Below are positions 45,012 to 55,357 of a stretch of DNA of 64,000 bases, one piece after another. The position numbers and the translations under genes are program-made. The notes below the pieces were generated by a model. It was given only the letters and a program-made list of their open reading frames with translations, was not told the origin of the DNA and ran no database searches. Position 1 is the stretch's first letter. The number at the start of each line of letters is the position of its first letter. Source of the DNA: an uncultured Planctomycetota bacterium (GTDB lineage Bacteria; Planctomycetota; Planctomycetia; Isosphaerales; Isosphaeraceae); assembly GCA_963823665.1 (NCBI GenBank), contig CAWGMQ010000003.1, forward strand, positions 480,001 through 544,000. Direction: 5' to 3'.

Positions 45012-46461
45012 TCAAGGTTGGCCGGCGGCGGTGTATTTCCAGCCCGGGCCGCCGCCAAAGACACGGTTCGTGCCGGCCAGCGGCAAGCCAGTGATGAGCG
45101 AGGCTTCGAGCGAGAGCGCCCGAAGATCTTCGGGCTCGAGGTGGTGCACGTCGCTCTTGCCGCAGGCGCGGGCCAGAATCTGGATTTCCGAGGTCAAGGC
45201 GTGGAAGAAGTTGGCGACGCGCTCGGAGGCAGCCTCGACTTCCAGCCTTACGGCAAGCTCGGGATCTTGAGTCGTGATGCCGACCGGGCAGCGTCCGGTG
45301 TGACAGTGGTGGCACGAGTAGGGGGCAGCGCCGATCTTGTGGTAGTCTTCGATGAAGATCGGTTTGTTGCAGTTGAGCGCAATCAGGAGCGCCGTGCCCA
45401 GGTAGCAGGCGTCGGCGCCCAAGGCAAGCGCCTTGGCGCAATCGGAGCCGTGCCTGAGCCCGCCGGCGATCACGAGCTGCACCTTGCCGTAAAGGCCGAT
45501 GTCCTCGAGGGCGGCGCGTGCCTCACAGACCGCTGCGAGTGTCGGGATTCCGGTGTGTTCCTGCAGAAGCTCCGGCGAAGCTCCGGTGCCTCCTTCCATG
45601 CCGTCGACGACGATCACGTCGGCGCCTGCCTTCGCCGCAAGCCGGACGTCGTCGAAGACGCGCGACGCACCCATCTTGACGAAGATTGGTACTTCATGAC
45701 CGGTGGCCTCGCGCAGCTCTTCGATCTTCCAGATCAGGTCATCCGGACCGAGGAAATCAGGATGCCGGCACGGGGAACGTTGATCGACACCCGGGGGGAG
45801 ATCGCGGAGCCCGGCGATTTCCGCGGAAACTTTCGAGCCCAGAAGCAGACCCCCGGTGCCGGGTTTGGCTCCCTGGCCGATCGTGAGCTCGATCGCATCA
45901 GCCTGGCGAAGGTGCTGGATGTTGATGCCGTAGCGGCTGGGCAGGACCTCGTAGATCAGAACCCGCGACTCGGTGCGCTCGAGATCGAGCATTCCACCGT
46001 CGCCGGTGGTCGAAGACGTGCCGGCCATCCGCGCCCCGCGTGCGAGTGCCTGCTTCGCCTGCCGCGAAAGGGCCCCGTAGCTCATGCCGGTGACCATGAG
46101 CGGGATGTCGAGCTCGAGCGGCCTGGTGGCGAATCGCGTGCCCAGGACGGTGCGTGAGGAACACGCCTCGCGGTAGCCTTCCAGCGGAATGCGGGTGAGC
46201 GTGCCGGGCAGGAACGTGAGATCGTCGAAGGTGGCCCAGGTTCGCTCGCGGAGCGCGCCGAAGCCGCGGATGCGGTACCTTGCGCAGCTCGGCTTTGATC
46301 TGGATGTCCTCGATCACCGCGGGGCTGAACGTCGCCGAGGTGGCCGCGGGGGACGGATCGCCACCGATCCGGCGAGCGGTGTCCGTCGCGCCGAAGAATG
46401 GGGTACGCGGCTGCGAGGCCTGCGGCTGCCCGGCTCGGTCAAACGACTCGCCCGGGTCCAT
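45012..46461 (-). CDS. glxD: FMN-binding glutamate synthase family subunit, GlxD/MgsC (frameshift near 46280)
   Basis: YRIRGFG, FDDLTFL...RIPLEGYRE, GMSYGALS, TTGDGGM, GQGAKPGTGG, SPCRHPD, DGMEGGTGA, CHHCHTGRCPVGITTQ. Confidence 0.9.
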
Positions 46462-46477
46462 GAGTCCCCTCCCTCTC

Positions 46478-47377
46478 TCAGATCATGAACTCAGGAGCGA
46501 CCGGTTCCGAGCTTGCCGCCGATCCATTGGCGCCGGCGGAGGGAAGCCCGCGGGCAGTGCTCGATTCGCACTCGCGAAGGTATTGCTTCGCGGGCTCGGC
46601 GAAGTCGGAATGGTTGGTCAGCTTGAGCACTCGCTGAAAATCGGCGGCGGCCTCGCGCACGAGCCCCTTCCTGAGCAAACAGATGCCGCGGTTCAAGTGC
46701 GTGTCGGGGTCGTTTGCCCGCAGGGTCATCAGCATGCCGAAGTCGGCGAGGGCCGAGTCGAAGTCGCCGCTCTCGAGGCAAATCTTGCCGCGCTGCGTAT
46801 AAGCGGCGGTGAACCGCGAATCGCGCTCGATCGCCCGCTCGAAGTCGGCAAGCGCGAGCGTTTTCTCGCCCATTGTCTGATAGAGAGCGCCCCTGCGGAA
46901 ATAACCTTCCGCCAGATTGGGCGACGTCTTGATCGCCTGGTTGTACTCGCGCAGCGCGGCCGCATATTTCTTCTGGGCATGATGCCGCCGGCCCGCCCGG
47001 AGCCGGCTCGGCACGAGCTCACGGAGCCGGCGCCTGGTCGAAACTAGCACGGACGACATCACGACCGCAGCGACTGCCGGCAACGTCACCAGCCCGAGCA
47101 GCAGCGACAGACGCGACCGTTCGCTTTGACGGTACGTTGTGACCGCGATGTGTGCACTGCTCCGCACCGTGACGGTTTGCTCGCGAACTGTCCACATGAA
47201 AGCCACGATGGCCACGACGGCGAGGAGCCCGAAGGCCCGGGCCGTTTTCCTGAGCTTGCCGAGGCTCAGGCAGGCGACGGCAATCACCAGCAAGAGAGCG
47301 GCTACGCCCAGTGCCGCGAGCAGCGCCGTACGGCTCGGCCAATTGATGATACGATCATAATAATCAGCGAACGTCAT
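46478..47377 (-). CDS. Membrane-anchored TPR protein
   Basis: Three hydrophobic segments followed by TPRs (YFRRGALY...ALADFERAI; AYTQRG...ALADF; HLNRG...AAADF). Confidence 0.85.
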   Translation of the reverse strand: MTFADYYDRIINWPSRTALLAALGVAALLLVIAVACLSLGKLRKTARAFGLLAVVAIVAFMWTVREQTVTVRSSAHIAVTTYRQSERSRLSLLLGLVTLPAVAAVVMSSVLVSTRRRLRELVPSRLRAGRRHHAQKKYAAALREYNQAIKTSPNLAEGYFRRGALYQTMGEKTLALADFERAIERDSRFTAAYTQRGKICLESGDFDSALADFGMLMTLRANDPDTHLNRGICLLRKGLVREAAADFQRVLKLTNHSDFAEPAKQYLRECESSTARGLPSAGANGSAASSEPVAPEFMI

Positions 47378-47651
47378 TTTAGGAGAGCTCTCACCGCCGC
47401 CGTCCCCGTTGTCATCGTCGCGGGAGCACGCTTCGCTCTGCGAACACTAGAAGATTTTGACGATCAGTTCCCTGAACCCGCCTGGGGCCAGTTGTTGCGG
47501 CCGACGGATTGTTGATCAAAAGTCTGCAGGAAGGGTTTCGCCACCAGGATGAGTGCAGCCAGGCGCCGTTCACTCTACGGGGCGCGATGCGCGGTGTCAA
47601 TTGCGTCGAGCGGCGGCCCCACCAATTTTTCCCACTGGAGCTCCCACGCGA

Positions 47652-48380
47652 TCACAAGGCGGCTTTCCACAGTGCTCGCTCGCTCCGCTCGAAGTTCCAG
47701 AGCCTCCTGCCGGAAACCACCTTTTGAAAGCCCCCCGGCGGGGCAGTCACCTTGTAGCGCTCGAGCGAGGTCGCGATCAGCTCGAGGTCGGCGTCGGAAA
47801 CCTCTTCGTAAACCGCGTCGGCGCCGAGCTCGCTACAACTGCCGCCGAGAAAAACGGTGCCGGCATACATGCTGTCGGCGAGCCCGGCACCGGCGTCACC
47901 ACACACGACCAGCACGCCCTTCTGCATCATGAATCCGGCCATCGGGCCCACGCTGCCGGCCACAATGAGCATCCCGCCTTTCATCGCGATGCCGGCGCGA
48001 GTCGACGCATCGCCCCTGACCACAACCGTTCCAGCACGTATCGAGGCGGAGACGGCGTTGCCAGCGTTTCCGTCGATTACCACAGTGCCGTCACGCATGC
48101 TCTCAGCGGCACCCCACCCTGCTCCGCCGTGGACGAATAATGTGGCGCCGTCGTTCAAGCCCGCGACGTAGTAGCCGACGCTCCCCTCGATCGTGAGCTC
48201 GATGCCCTCCGGCAGGCCGACGCCCAGGTTGTGCCGGCCGCCGGGCCGAAGCAGGCGAATCGTCCTGTAACCCGAGGCGATCGCAGATCGAATCGCCTCG
48301 TTGATTGCGCGGACAGGTCCTTCGCCGCAGTCGACGACCTCCGCGTTCCCGTTCGACGGCAGCGACGCACTCGAGGTCAT
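47652..48380 (-). CDS. glxC: GXGXG-domain protein, GlxC/MgsB
   Basis: HNLGVGL, IEGSVGYY.AG, GDASTRAGIAMKG, GFMMQKG.LVVCGDAG..LADSMY, SGRRLWNF. Confidence 0.9.
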   Translation of the reverse strand: MTSSASLPSNGNAEVVDCGEGPVRAINEAIRSAIASGYRTIRLLRPGGRHNLGVGLPEGIELTIEGSVGYYVAGLNDGATLFVHGGAGWGAAESMRDGTVVIDGNAGNAVSASIRAGTVVVRGDASTRAGIAMKGGMLIVAGSVGPMAGFMMQKGVLVVCGDAGAGLADSMYAGTVFLGGSCSELGADAVYEEVSDADLELIATSLERYKVTAPPGGFQKVVSGRRLWNFERSERALWKAAL

Positions 48381-49312
48381 GCAGTCCTCAACGGATAGAA
48401 CAGTACCGAGCCTGGGGGCGGCTCGACCGCGATGTAATCCCCCGGTAATGCCCGCCGCAGCGCAATCTCTTCGGTTGCCACCGCGACGAAATCGTCTGTC
48501 TCCGCCAGCATGAGCGGTTTGAATCCGTAGCGGTCGCGCACGACCCCCAGGCCCTCGGTCGAAGCGACCAGGTAGTTGAATGCTCCGTCCAGGTCGGCAA
48601 CGGAATCGGCGAGCGCGCCCTCCAGGCTGCGCCCCTCTCCCATCCGATCGCGGAGGTAAACGCCGATCACCTCGGAATCATTGTCGGTGTAGAAGATCAC
48701 GCCCTGCTGCTCGTAGCGCCGGCGAAGCTGATGGAAATTTGTGACGTGGCCGTTGTGGACGGTGGCCAGGTCGGGGACTCCATGCACCCAGAACGGCTGG
48801 GAGTGGCTCAAGTCAATGCGGCTTTCGGTGGATAATCGAGTGTGGCCGATGGCCAGCGGGCCGGTCCAGGCGGCGATCGAATAAGCCGCCTCGAGCTGCG
48901 ACGGCGAGCCGACCTGCTTGACCAGATCGAGCCTGTGGCCGAGACTCAGGATTTCCAGTCCGCCGCGGCAGGCACCGAGTGCCTGTTCGAGAACGGTCGG
49001 CGTTACGCCGGGGTTGGGAACGAAGCGAGCGCGCAGCGAGGAGCCGGTTCGCTCGCGACGGGAACCGACCGGGAGCGGGACCAGCCGGCCCAGGTGCGCC
49101 AGCCGTTCAAACGGCGGCTCGTCCCGACCGGCAAAGCGAATGAACCAGGCACCGTCCAATCCCGAGTCGGCGTCGGGCTCCCTTCCGATCATCGCCAGCC
49201 CGGCGCCATCGGGCCCCCGGCAGGCCAGTGCCTCGAGCATCGTGAGCATGATGCGCCCGCTGGAGGCCGACAACCGCCCCGACTTGTCCCGGAACCCGAC
49301 GATTCCACACAT
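48377..49312 (-). CDS. glxB: Class II (Ntn) glutamine amidotransferase, GlxB/MgsA
   Basis: MCGIVG start, RGPDGAG, IGHTRLSTES, VHNG, TDNDSEV, RDRYGFKP. Its stop overlaps the glxC start. Confidence 0.9.
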   Translation of the reverse strand: MCGIVGFRDKSGRLSASSGRIMLTMLEALACRGPDGAGLAMIGREPDADSGLDGAWFIRFAGRDEPPFERLAHLGRLVPLPVGSRRERTGSSLRARFVPNPGVTPTVLEQALGACRGGLEILSLGHRLDLVKQVGSPSQLEAAYSIAAWTGPLAIGHTRLSTESRIDLSHSQPFWVHGVPDLATVHNGHVTNFHQLRRRYEQQGVIFYTDNDSEVIGVYLRDRMGEGRSLEGALADSVADLDGAFNYLVASTEGLGVVRDRYGFKPLMLAETDDFVAVATEEIALRRALPGDYIAVEPPPGSVLFYPLRTA

Positions 49313-49444
49313 GGCCCACTCTGGTAAGTTGAAAATCGGCCGGCCGCACGCCAATTCTACTGGCCCTGGCGGCGGCTGTCGCCAACAATCGTGTTTCGAA
49401 TGCATCGGCCGCTCGTCGCAGCAGAAGAAAGGACCTCACCCGGC

Positions 49445-50815
49445 ATGGCCCACCTCGAGGCGGAGCTAACCAGGCTCGAACACCGAATGCAGGACGACGC
49501 AATCGCCTTCCTGCTGATCCAGTTCGTTGACATCCACGGGTCGGCCAAGGTCAAGCTCGTGCCGGCGAGCACGCTGAAATCTGTGGCCGCATCCGGCGCC
49601 GGATTCGCAGGCGGCGCCCTGTGGGGCATGGGCCAAGGACCTCACTCACACGATCTATTCGCCCGGCCTGATCTGAGCTCGTATACCCCTCTGCCCTATG
49701 AGCCGGGCGTCGCACGGTTTGCCTCCGATCTCCATGTCGACGACCAGCCCCACCCTTACTGCCCGCGGGTCGCGCTCAAGCGGGTGCTCGAAGAGGCGCG
49801 GCGACGGGGCTACGTCTTCAACGCCGGCATCGAGCCCGAGTTCTTCCTGGTCGTCAAGAACCCGGACGGCTCGATTCAAGGCTGGGATCCGTACAACGTC
49901 GATGATCTGGCCAAACCCTGTTACGACTTCAAGGGAATCTGTGGCGCGCTCGACTTTCTGCGTGCGCTCGGAGAGGGACTCGATCGGCTCGGGTGGGGCG
50001 TCTACCAGAGCGATCATGAAGACGCCAATTATCAATACGAGGTGAACTTCCAGTACGCCGACGCACTGACGACGGCCGACCGCTTCACCTTCTTCCGCAT
50101 GATGACCGGGCAGCTTGCACGCCGCTTCGGCGCGATTGCGACCTTCATGGCCAAGCCCTTCTCGACCCGCACGGGCTCGGGTGCTCATATGCATTACCAT
50201 CTCGCCGATGCCGGCGGCGGGGGCAATCTCTTTCTCGATGCGGCAGACCCGCGCAGGCTCGGTCTCTCAAGGACCGCGTATCAATTCATCGCGGGCATAC
50301 TCGAGCATGCGCCAGCGCTTTGTGCGGTCACGTCGCCGACGGTGAATTGCTACAAGCGGCTGCAGATGGGCCCCGCGCTTACCGGGTCGCGTTCGGGATA
50401 CACGTGGACGCCGGCGTTCATCACTTACGGCGACAACAACCGAACGCAGATGCTCCGGGTGCCGGATGGGGGCCACATCGAGGACCGGTCGATTTCGAGC
50501 GCGTTCAATCCGTATCTCGGAATCGCGGCGTACGTGGCCGCCGGTTTGGATGGGATTTCCCGCGGGCTTGACCCCGGTGAGCCGAACCTGGGGAATCTCT
50601 ATACCGCGGATATCGAGACGATGGCGAGCCGCGGCGTGCGGACATTGCCGCAGAGCCTCGCCGAGGCGATCGGTTTTCTCGAGCGAGATCAGGTCGTTCG
50701 CGAAAGCTTGGGGCCGATTGCAGACGAATTCCTGCGGCTCAAGCGCGACGAGTGGCGTGAGTATCATGCGCAAGTGGAAACCTGGGAGATCAAGCGATAC
50801 TTATCGGTGCTTTGA
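49445..50815 (+). CDS. glnT: GlnT-type glutamate-amine ligase, putative gamma-glutamylmethylamide synthetase (GmaS)
   Basis: FVDIHG..KVKLVP, GAGFAG, GIEPEFFL, KPCYD, YQSDHEDAN.QYE.N, TFMAKPF...TGSGAHMH, YGDNNRT.M.R.P. Divergent from glxBC. Confidence 0.88.
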   Translation: MAHLEAELTRLEHRMQDDAIAFLLIQFVDIHGSAKVKLVPASTLKSVAASGAGFAGGALWGMGQGPHSHDLFARPDLSSYTPLPYEPGVARFASDLHVDDQPHPYCPRVALKRVLEEARRRGYVFNAGIEPEFFLVVKNPDGSIQGWDPYNVDDLAKPCYDFKGICGALDFLRALGEGLDRLGWGVYQSDHEDANYQYEVNFQYADALTTADRFTFFRMMTGQLARRFGAIATFMAKPFSTRTGSGAHMHYHLADAGGGGNLFLDAADPRRLGLSRTAYQFIAGILEHAPALCAVTSPTVNCYKRLQMGPALTGSRSGYTWTPAFITYGDNNRTQMLRVPDGGHIEDRSISSAFNPYLGIAAYVAAGLDGISRGLDPGEPNLGNLYTADIETMASRGVRTLPQSLAEAIGFLERDQVVRESLGPIADEFLRLKRDEWREYHAQVETWEIKRYLSVL

Positions 50816-50840
50816 GGGCGCGAGATCGAAAGGCGAATTG

Positions 50841-52046
50841 ATGGACGTCTACCACGAGAAGAATGTGATCGTCGGTGCCGGCGCAATGGGATCGGCCGCG
50901 GCCTATCATCTCGCGCGGCGCGGCGAGCCGGTACTGCTGATCGAACAGTTTTCGCTCGGTCACGACCGGGGAAGCTCGCACGGGGCGGCCCGGATCACAC
51001 GGCACTCCTACGCCGACGCGGCGTACGCCCGGCTCATGCCCGCGGCATTCCGCGCCTGGCGAGAGCTTGAGGCCTCCTCCGGCGAAACCCTCTTTTTCCG
51101 GACCGGCGGCGTGTCGTTCTCACCGCCGGGCGTCGATTACGTCGCGAAGGTCGCAGCCAACCTGAATGAACTGGGAATTCCCCACTGGCGGTCGTCGGGG
51201 AAAGACTGGAACGCACGTTGCAGAGCCTACACCCTGCCCGGCGATTACGACGTCGTGTTCGAGCCCGATGCCGGCATGCTAGCCGCGGCGCGGGCTGTCT
51301 CGCTCATGGTCGAGCTGGCCCGCTGCATGGGCGGCGCGGCAACCCGCGTTCTGGAGCAAACTCCGGTTCGACAGATCGATCTCGATGGCGATCACCCGGT
51401 CGTCGTGACCGACGCGTCGCGGATCATCGCCGATCGACTCATCGTCTCGGCCGGCGCCTGGGTGAAGCGGCTTCTACCCGGATTTTCTGTGCCGCTTCGC
51501 GCGACACGCCAGCAAGTGCTCTACGTCACGCCCGATGACCCGGCACCGTTCCGGATCGGGTCGTTTCCTGTTTTTATTTTCAAGGGCGCAAGCGATCTCG
51601 ACGCTTTCTACGGGATGCCCCCGTTCCTGAATCCCGGAGTCAAAACGGCTCGGCATGGCGGCCCGGAAGTCGACCCCGAGAACGTCGATCCCACGCCGTC
51701 CGAAGAGGCCATCGCCAGCGTCCGCCGCTTTCTGGGCGATCACATCCCGGCGCTCGAAGACGCTCGAATCAGCCAGACCGAAGTGTGTCTTTATACGCTC
51801 GCGCCCAACGATCAATTCCAGGTCGACTTCATGCCGGGACGCGACGACATGCTCATCGCCAGCCCTTGCAGCGGACATGGATTCAAATTCTCATGCTTGG
51901 TCGGACACGCATTGGCAGACCTTGCCACTTCTGGCGTAACCGAGCTCGACATCGACGCGTGGCGAATCGATCCGACCGACACCCCGCAGCGTTCCGAATA
52001 TCGCTCGCAGCAACATCCGGCCGCCACCGGGAAACCTGACGGATGA
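50841..52046 (+). CDS. solA: Monomeric sarcosine oxidase / N-methyl-L-tryptophan oxidase family flavoprotein
   Basis: IVGAGAMG, HDRGSSHG..RITRHSY, SAGAW, EVCLYT (flavin-linking Cys position), SGHGFKF. Confidence 0.88.
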   Translation: MDVYHEKNVIVGAGAMGSAAAYHLARRGEPVLLIEQFSLGHDRGSSHGAARITRHSYADAAYARLMPAAFRAWRELEASSGETLFFRTGGVSFSPPGVDYVAKVAANLNELGIPHWRSSGKDWNARCRAYTLPGDYDVVFEPDAGMLAAARAVSLMVELARCMGGAATRVLEQTPVRQIDLDGDHPVVVTDASRIIADRLIVSAGAWVKRLLPGFSVPLRATRQQVLYVTPDDPAPFRIGSFPVFIFKGASDLDAFYGMPPFLNPGVKTARHGGPEVDPENVDPTPSEEAIASVRRFLGDHIPALEDARISQTEVCLYTLAPNDQFQVDFMPGRDDMLIASPCSGHGFKFSCLVGHALADLATSGVTELDIDAWRIDPTDTPQRSEYRSQQHPAATGKPDG

Positions 52047-52377
52047 TGCGCGACCCATTCGCCCGTTGCGAAAAAACCACACATTTCTCGCGAGTTTTGG
52101 CGAGATCGATCCTAAATTGTCAATCCCTCGTATAAGTGCTAAGAATTCAGGTGACGAAGGAGACACAAAGCTGGAATAGCTTGCGAGAATCGGGATCGAT
52201 CGAGCGGCGAAATGCTATCATGCTATCAATAACTCAATGTATTAACCGCACAGGTATTGAGTGGGTGAGCGGTGATCGCGATAATGGAGCACGGAATGGA
52301 GCCCGGATATCGTTCAGGGCCGGTCGTGCGATTTCATTTCCATTCCTTTCCGCCGAGAAGCGAAAGTATCTGCGTCT

Positions 52378-53277
52378 ATGAAGAGCACTCTCGTCCCTAT
52401 GAAGGGGACAACCGTTGATGACGTGATCGACGTGCCGGCGAAGCGACCGGACCCGGAAATCTCCGGGGAAACGGGCCGGGGTCCCTCGTTGGGCACGCGA
52501 GCGCGAGCGTTCCAGGAATCAGTGGCGGCAGCCCTTGGCAACGCCGCCGCAACACCTCGGTCGTGGGTTGTCGTAACCTGTTTAATGCTCGGAATTTCAG
52601 GCGGGGTTCGGTTTTGGCGCGACTTTCAGTTCTACGGTATGAGCAAAGAATCCCGCAATAGCCCGTTTCCGCTGGCCGAATTGCCCAGAGTAGTTGGCGC
52701 GTGGCGAATGGACGAAGGAACGGAAGCCCCCCTCGATCCGCAGATCGCGCGACTCGCCGGGGCGAGCGACCACGTCACTCGGCAGTACACAAATACAAAG
52801 ACCGGTGAGACAGCGGTCGTTCTTGTCGTTTACGGCTTGGCCTCGGTCGTGAGCCTTCACACGCCGGAAGTCTGCTATCCGGCGGCGGGCTTCACTGCGG
52901 TGGCGACCGAGTCGGCCGGGGATCACGAGATAAAGATCCCGGGTGTGGACAAAACGGCCATCTATCGCCAGGTTTTCTACTCCAAATCGCTGGCCGGGCA
53001 TACGGAATATTCCGAGGCCGTTTATTCGTTTCGGCACGCGGGCGACTGGCTACCGAACGCAGTGACCCGATGGAAGTCGTTCAGGTATCGTCCAGGAGTG
53101 TTCAAGGTTCAGATCGGCCGGACGGTCACCGACTTGACCACCGAGAACAGTCCGGGCGCGGAGTTGCTTGGCGAGTTCATGCGCGAGATCGAGCTTCGGC
53201 TCGCTTCGGACGCGAAAGCGCCAGATTCGGCTATTGGGCCGGACCGCAAAGCTGCACCGGGGAAGGCAGCGAATTGA
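52378..53277 (+). CDS. Exosortase-associated EpsI family protein
   Basis: One TM, LAELPRVVGAW, HVTRQYTN, HTPEVCYPAAG, YSFRH.G.W, FKVQI. Confidence 0.8.
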   Translation: MKSTLVPMKGTTVDDVIDVPAKRPDPEISGETGRGPSLGTRARAFQESVAAALGNAAATPRSWVVVTCLMLGISGGVRFWRDFQFYGMSKESRNSPFPLAELPRVVGAWRMDEGTEAPLDPQIARLAGASDHVTRQYTNTKTGETAVVLVVYGLASVVSLHTPEVCYPAAGFTAVATESAGDHEIKIPGVDKTAIYRQVFYSKSLAGHTEYSEAVYSFRHAGDWLPNAVTRWKSFRYRPGVFKVQIGRTVTDLTTENSPGAELLGEFMREIELRLASDAKAPDSAIGPDRKAAPGKAAN

Positions 53278-53352
53278 TTGAGTGCGACCAGAAGCTTCCG
53301 GCTCAATCTGGAGCAGCCGCGAGGCTAGTCGTTCCAAGCGGATGCGTCACGG

Positions 53353-55357
53353 ATGACCAATCGGATCGATCTGCAACCTGTATCGATTCAATCGCGCCAG
53401 CGCCGGTGGTGGCGGGCCTCGCGGTGGGTTTCCGCGTCGCGACATCGCACGGTTCGCAGGCGGATCGCCCTGCTGGCCCTGATCGCGGTACCCGCGATCG
53501 TGGCGCTCGCCGTCGCACTGCGCCGGTTGCGCGAAGCTCCCAGGATCGAGCCGGCTTTTGAATCGATTGCGCACCAGCGGGCGGGTCCGATCAGCGATTT
53601 CGCCCTGCGGGACGCCAGTGGCGAACTCCGCACCGCGCACGAGTGGTCCGCGCATCGGGCGATCGTTCTGCTCTTTTGCAAGCTCGACCACCCCGGATCG
53701 GCCCAGGCCGCACGTGCGACCGCGAAACTTGCCGCCCTGTTCAAGCCACGCGGCATCTTGTTTCTGGCGGTATGCTGTGAGACCTCCGCTCTCGGGGAGA
53801 CAACGCGGGCGCTCGCAGCGGCAACAGGCTCTGAATTACCGATCGTCTTCGACCCGGAGCAGACCGTCGCGCGGCAGGCGGGCGTCCGTGCCCTTCCCGA
53901 AGCCGTGGTGCTCGCGCCGGACGGGCAGGTTATGTACCGCGGCGCAGTGATTCAAGCAGCGGACGCCCCGCGCAGCCGCAAGACGGCGGATGCACGATAC
54001 GACCTGGAATCGGCAATTCGATCGATTGACCGCGACGACCTCCCCGTGGTCTTCTCGACCCCCGAGGCGGCGGGAAGTCCGCTGCCCGCGCTTCCATCGC
54101 CTGAGGAGCCAGGCCCCTCTTCCGAGCCGCCGGTCGTGTTCACTCGGGATGTCGCGCCCATTCTGTGGAAGCACTGCGCATGCTGTCACCGCAGGGGAGA
54201 AGTCGGTCCGTTTCCGCTTGTGACTTACCAGGACGCCGCCAAACGCGCGAGTTTCCTGTGCGAGGTAGTCGAGGACCGAACGTATGCCGCCGTGGAAGCC
54301 CCACCCCGCGGCCGGCGTTTTTCTCGACGCGCCCCGGCTCTCCGTGATCGAGAAGGAGACGCTCGAGCGCTGGACATCGAGCGGATGTTTGCGCGGCGAT
54401 CCGCGCGACCTTCCCCCGCAACCGGAGTGGAGCGACGGCTGGCGGCTGGGTGAGCCCGACCTGGTTCTTTCCGCGCCGGAGCAGTTCGAAGTTCCGGCCG
54501 ACGGGCCGGACATTTACCAGACTCTCCCGTTGCGAGTGCCGGCCGATCGCGACCTGATCATCGCCGGACTCGAGTTTCGTCCCGGCAACCGCCGGGTCGT
54601 GCATCACAGCCGCATTCATCTGGATGTCACCGGTGCAGCGCGCCGGAACGCCGAGCAACATCGGGGCGCGGGCACGCGAATCATCGGCGTGGGTGGAGTC
54701 GACGCGCGCTCGATCGAACTGCCCTATCCGGGGCTCGGCGCCTGGACGCCGGGAATCACTCCGCGGCTGGCGCCGGAGGGGGTGGGCCGGTTGATCCCGC
54801 GGGGGTCGGACGTCGTGGTGCAGATTCACTACCATCCGACGGGAAGACCGGAACGAGATCAGTCCCGAGTGGCGCTCTTCCTCGCGAAAAAGCCGGTGAC
54901 GAAAACCATGGCCGGCTATTCGCTCTGCACGGACCAGATCGACATTCCCGCCGGTGCGAAGCGGCACAAGATCATTCTGAGCACGCGGCTGAAGGCCAAC
55001 GTTCATCTCTATTCCGCCGTGCCGCACGCCCACAACCTGTGCCGGGAGTTCCGCCTGGCTGCGACTCTGCCTGACGGAACGGTTCAACCACTCCTGTGGA
55101 TCACGGACTGGAGCCTCGACTGGCAAGACCAGTACACGTTCTTGAAGCCGGTGCGGCTGCCCGAGGGAACGGTGCTCACGCTGGCCGCTTACTACGATAA
55201 TTCCGCAGAGAACTCGCGCAACCCGAACCGGCCACCGAAGCGCATGCGGTACGGTGTCGAGACCAAGGACGAAATGTGCGCCTGCCACCTCGAGTTCCTC
55301 CCGGACGACACACGCGGATATGAGGCGTATCAGGCGCGGTCACCGTTTGGATTGTGA
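53353..55357 (+). CDS. Redoxin-fold + c-type cytochrome + Cu type II monooxygenase-like protein (frameshift near 54281)
   Basis: DFALRD, PEAVVL...YRG; VFTRDVAPIL..HCACCH (CxxCH)...GPFPL; MPPW, LGEPDL, VVHH, PHAH, W..DWQ..Y, DEMC. Confidence 0.85.

Noticed and set aside
45012..49312. Fragmented canonical glutamate synthase gltB
   Set aside because: The three parts have their own starts and the sizes and motifs of stand-alone GlxB/C/D, and they lie next to glnT.
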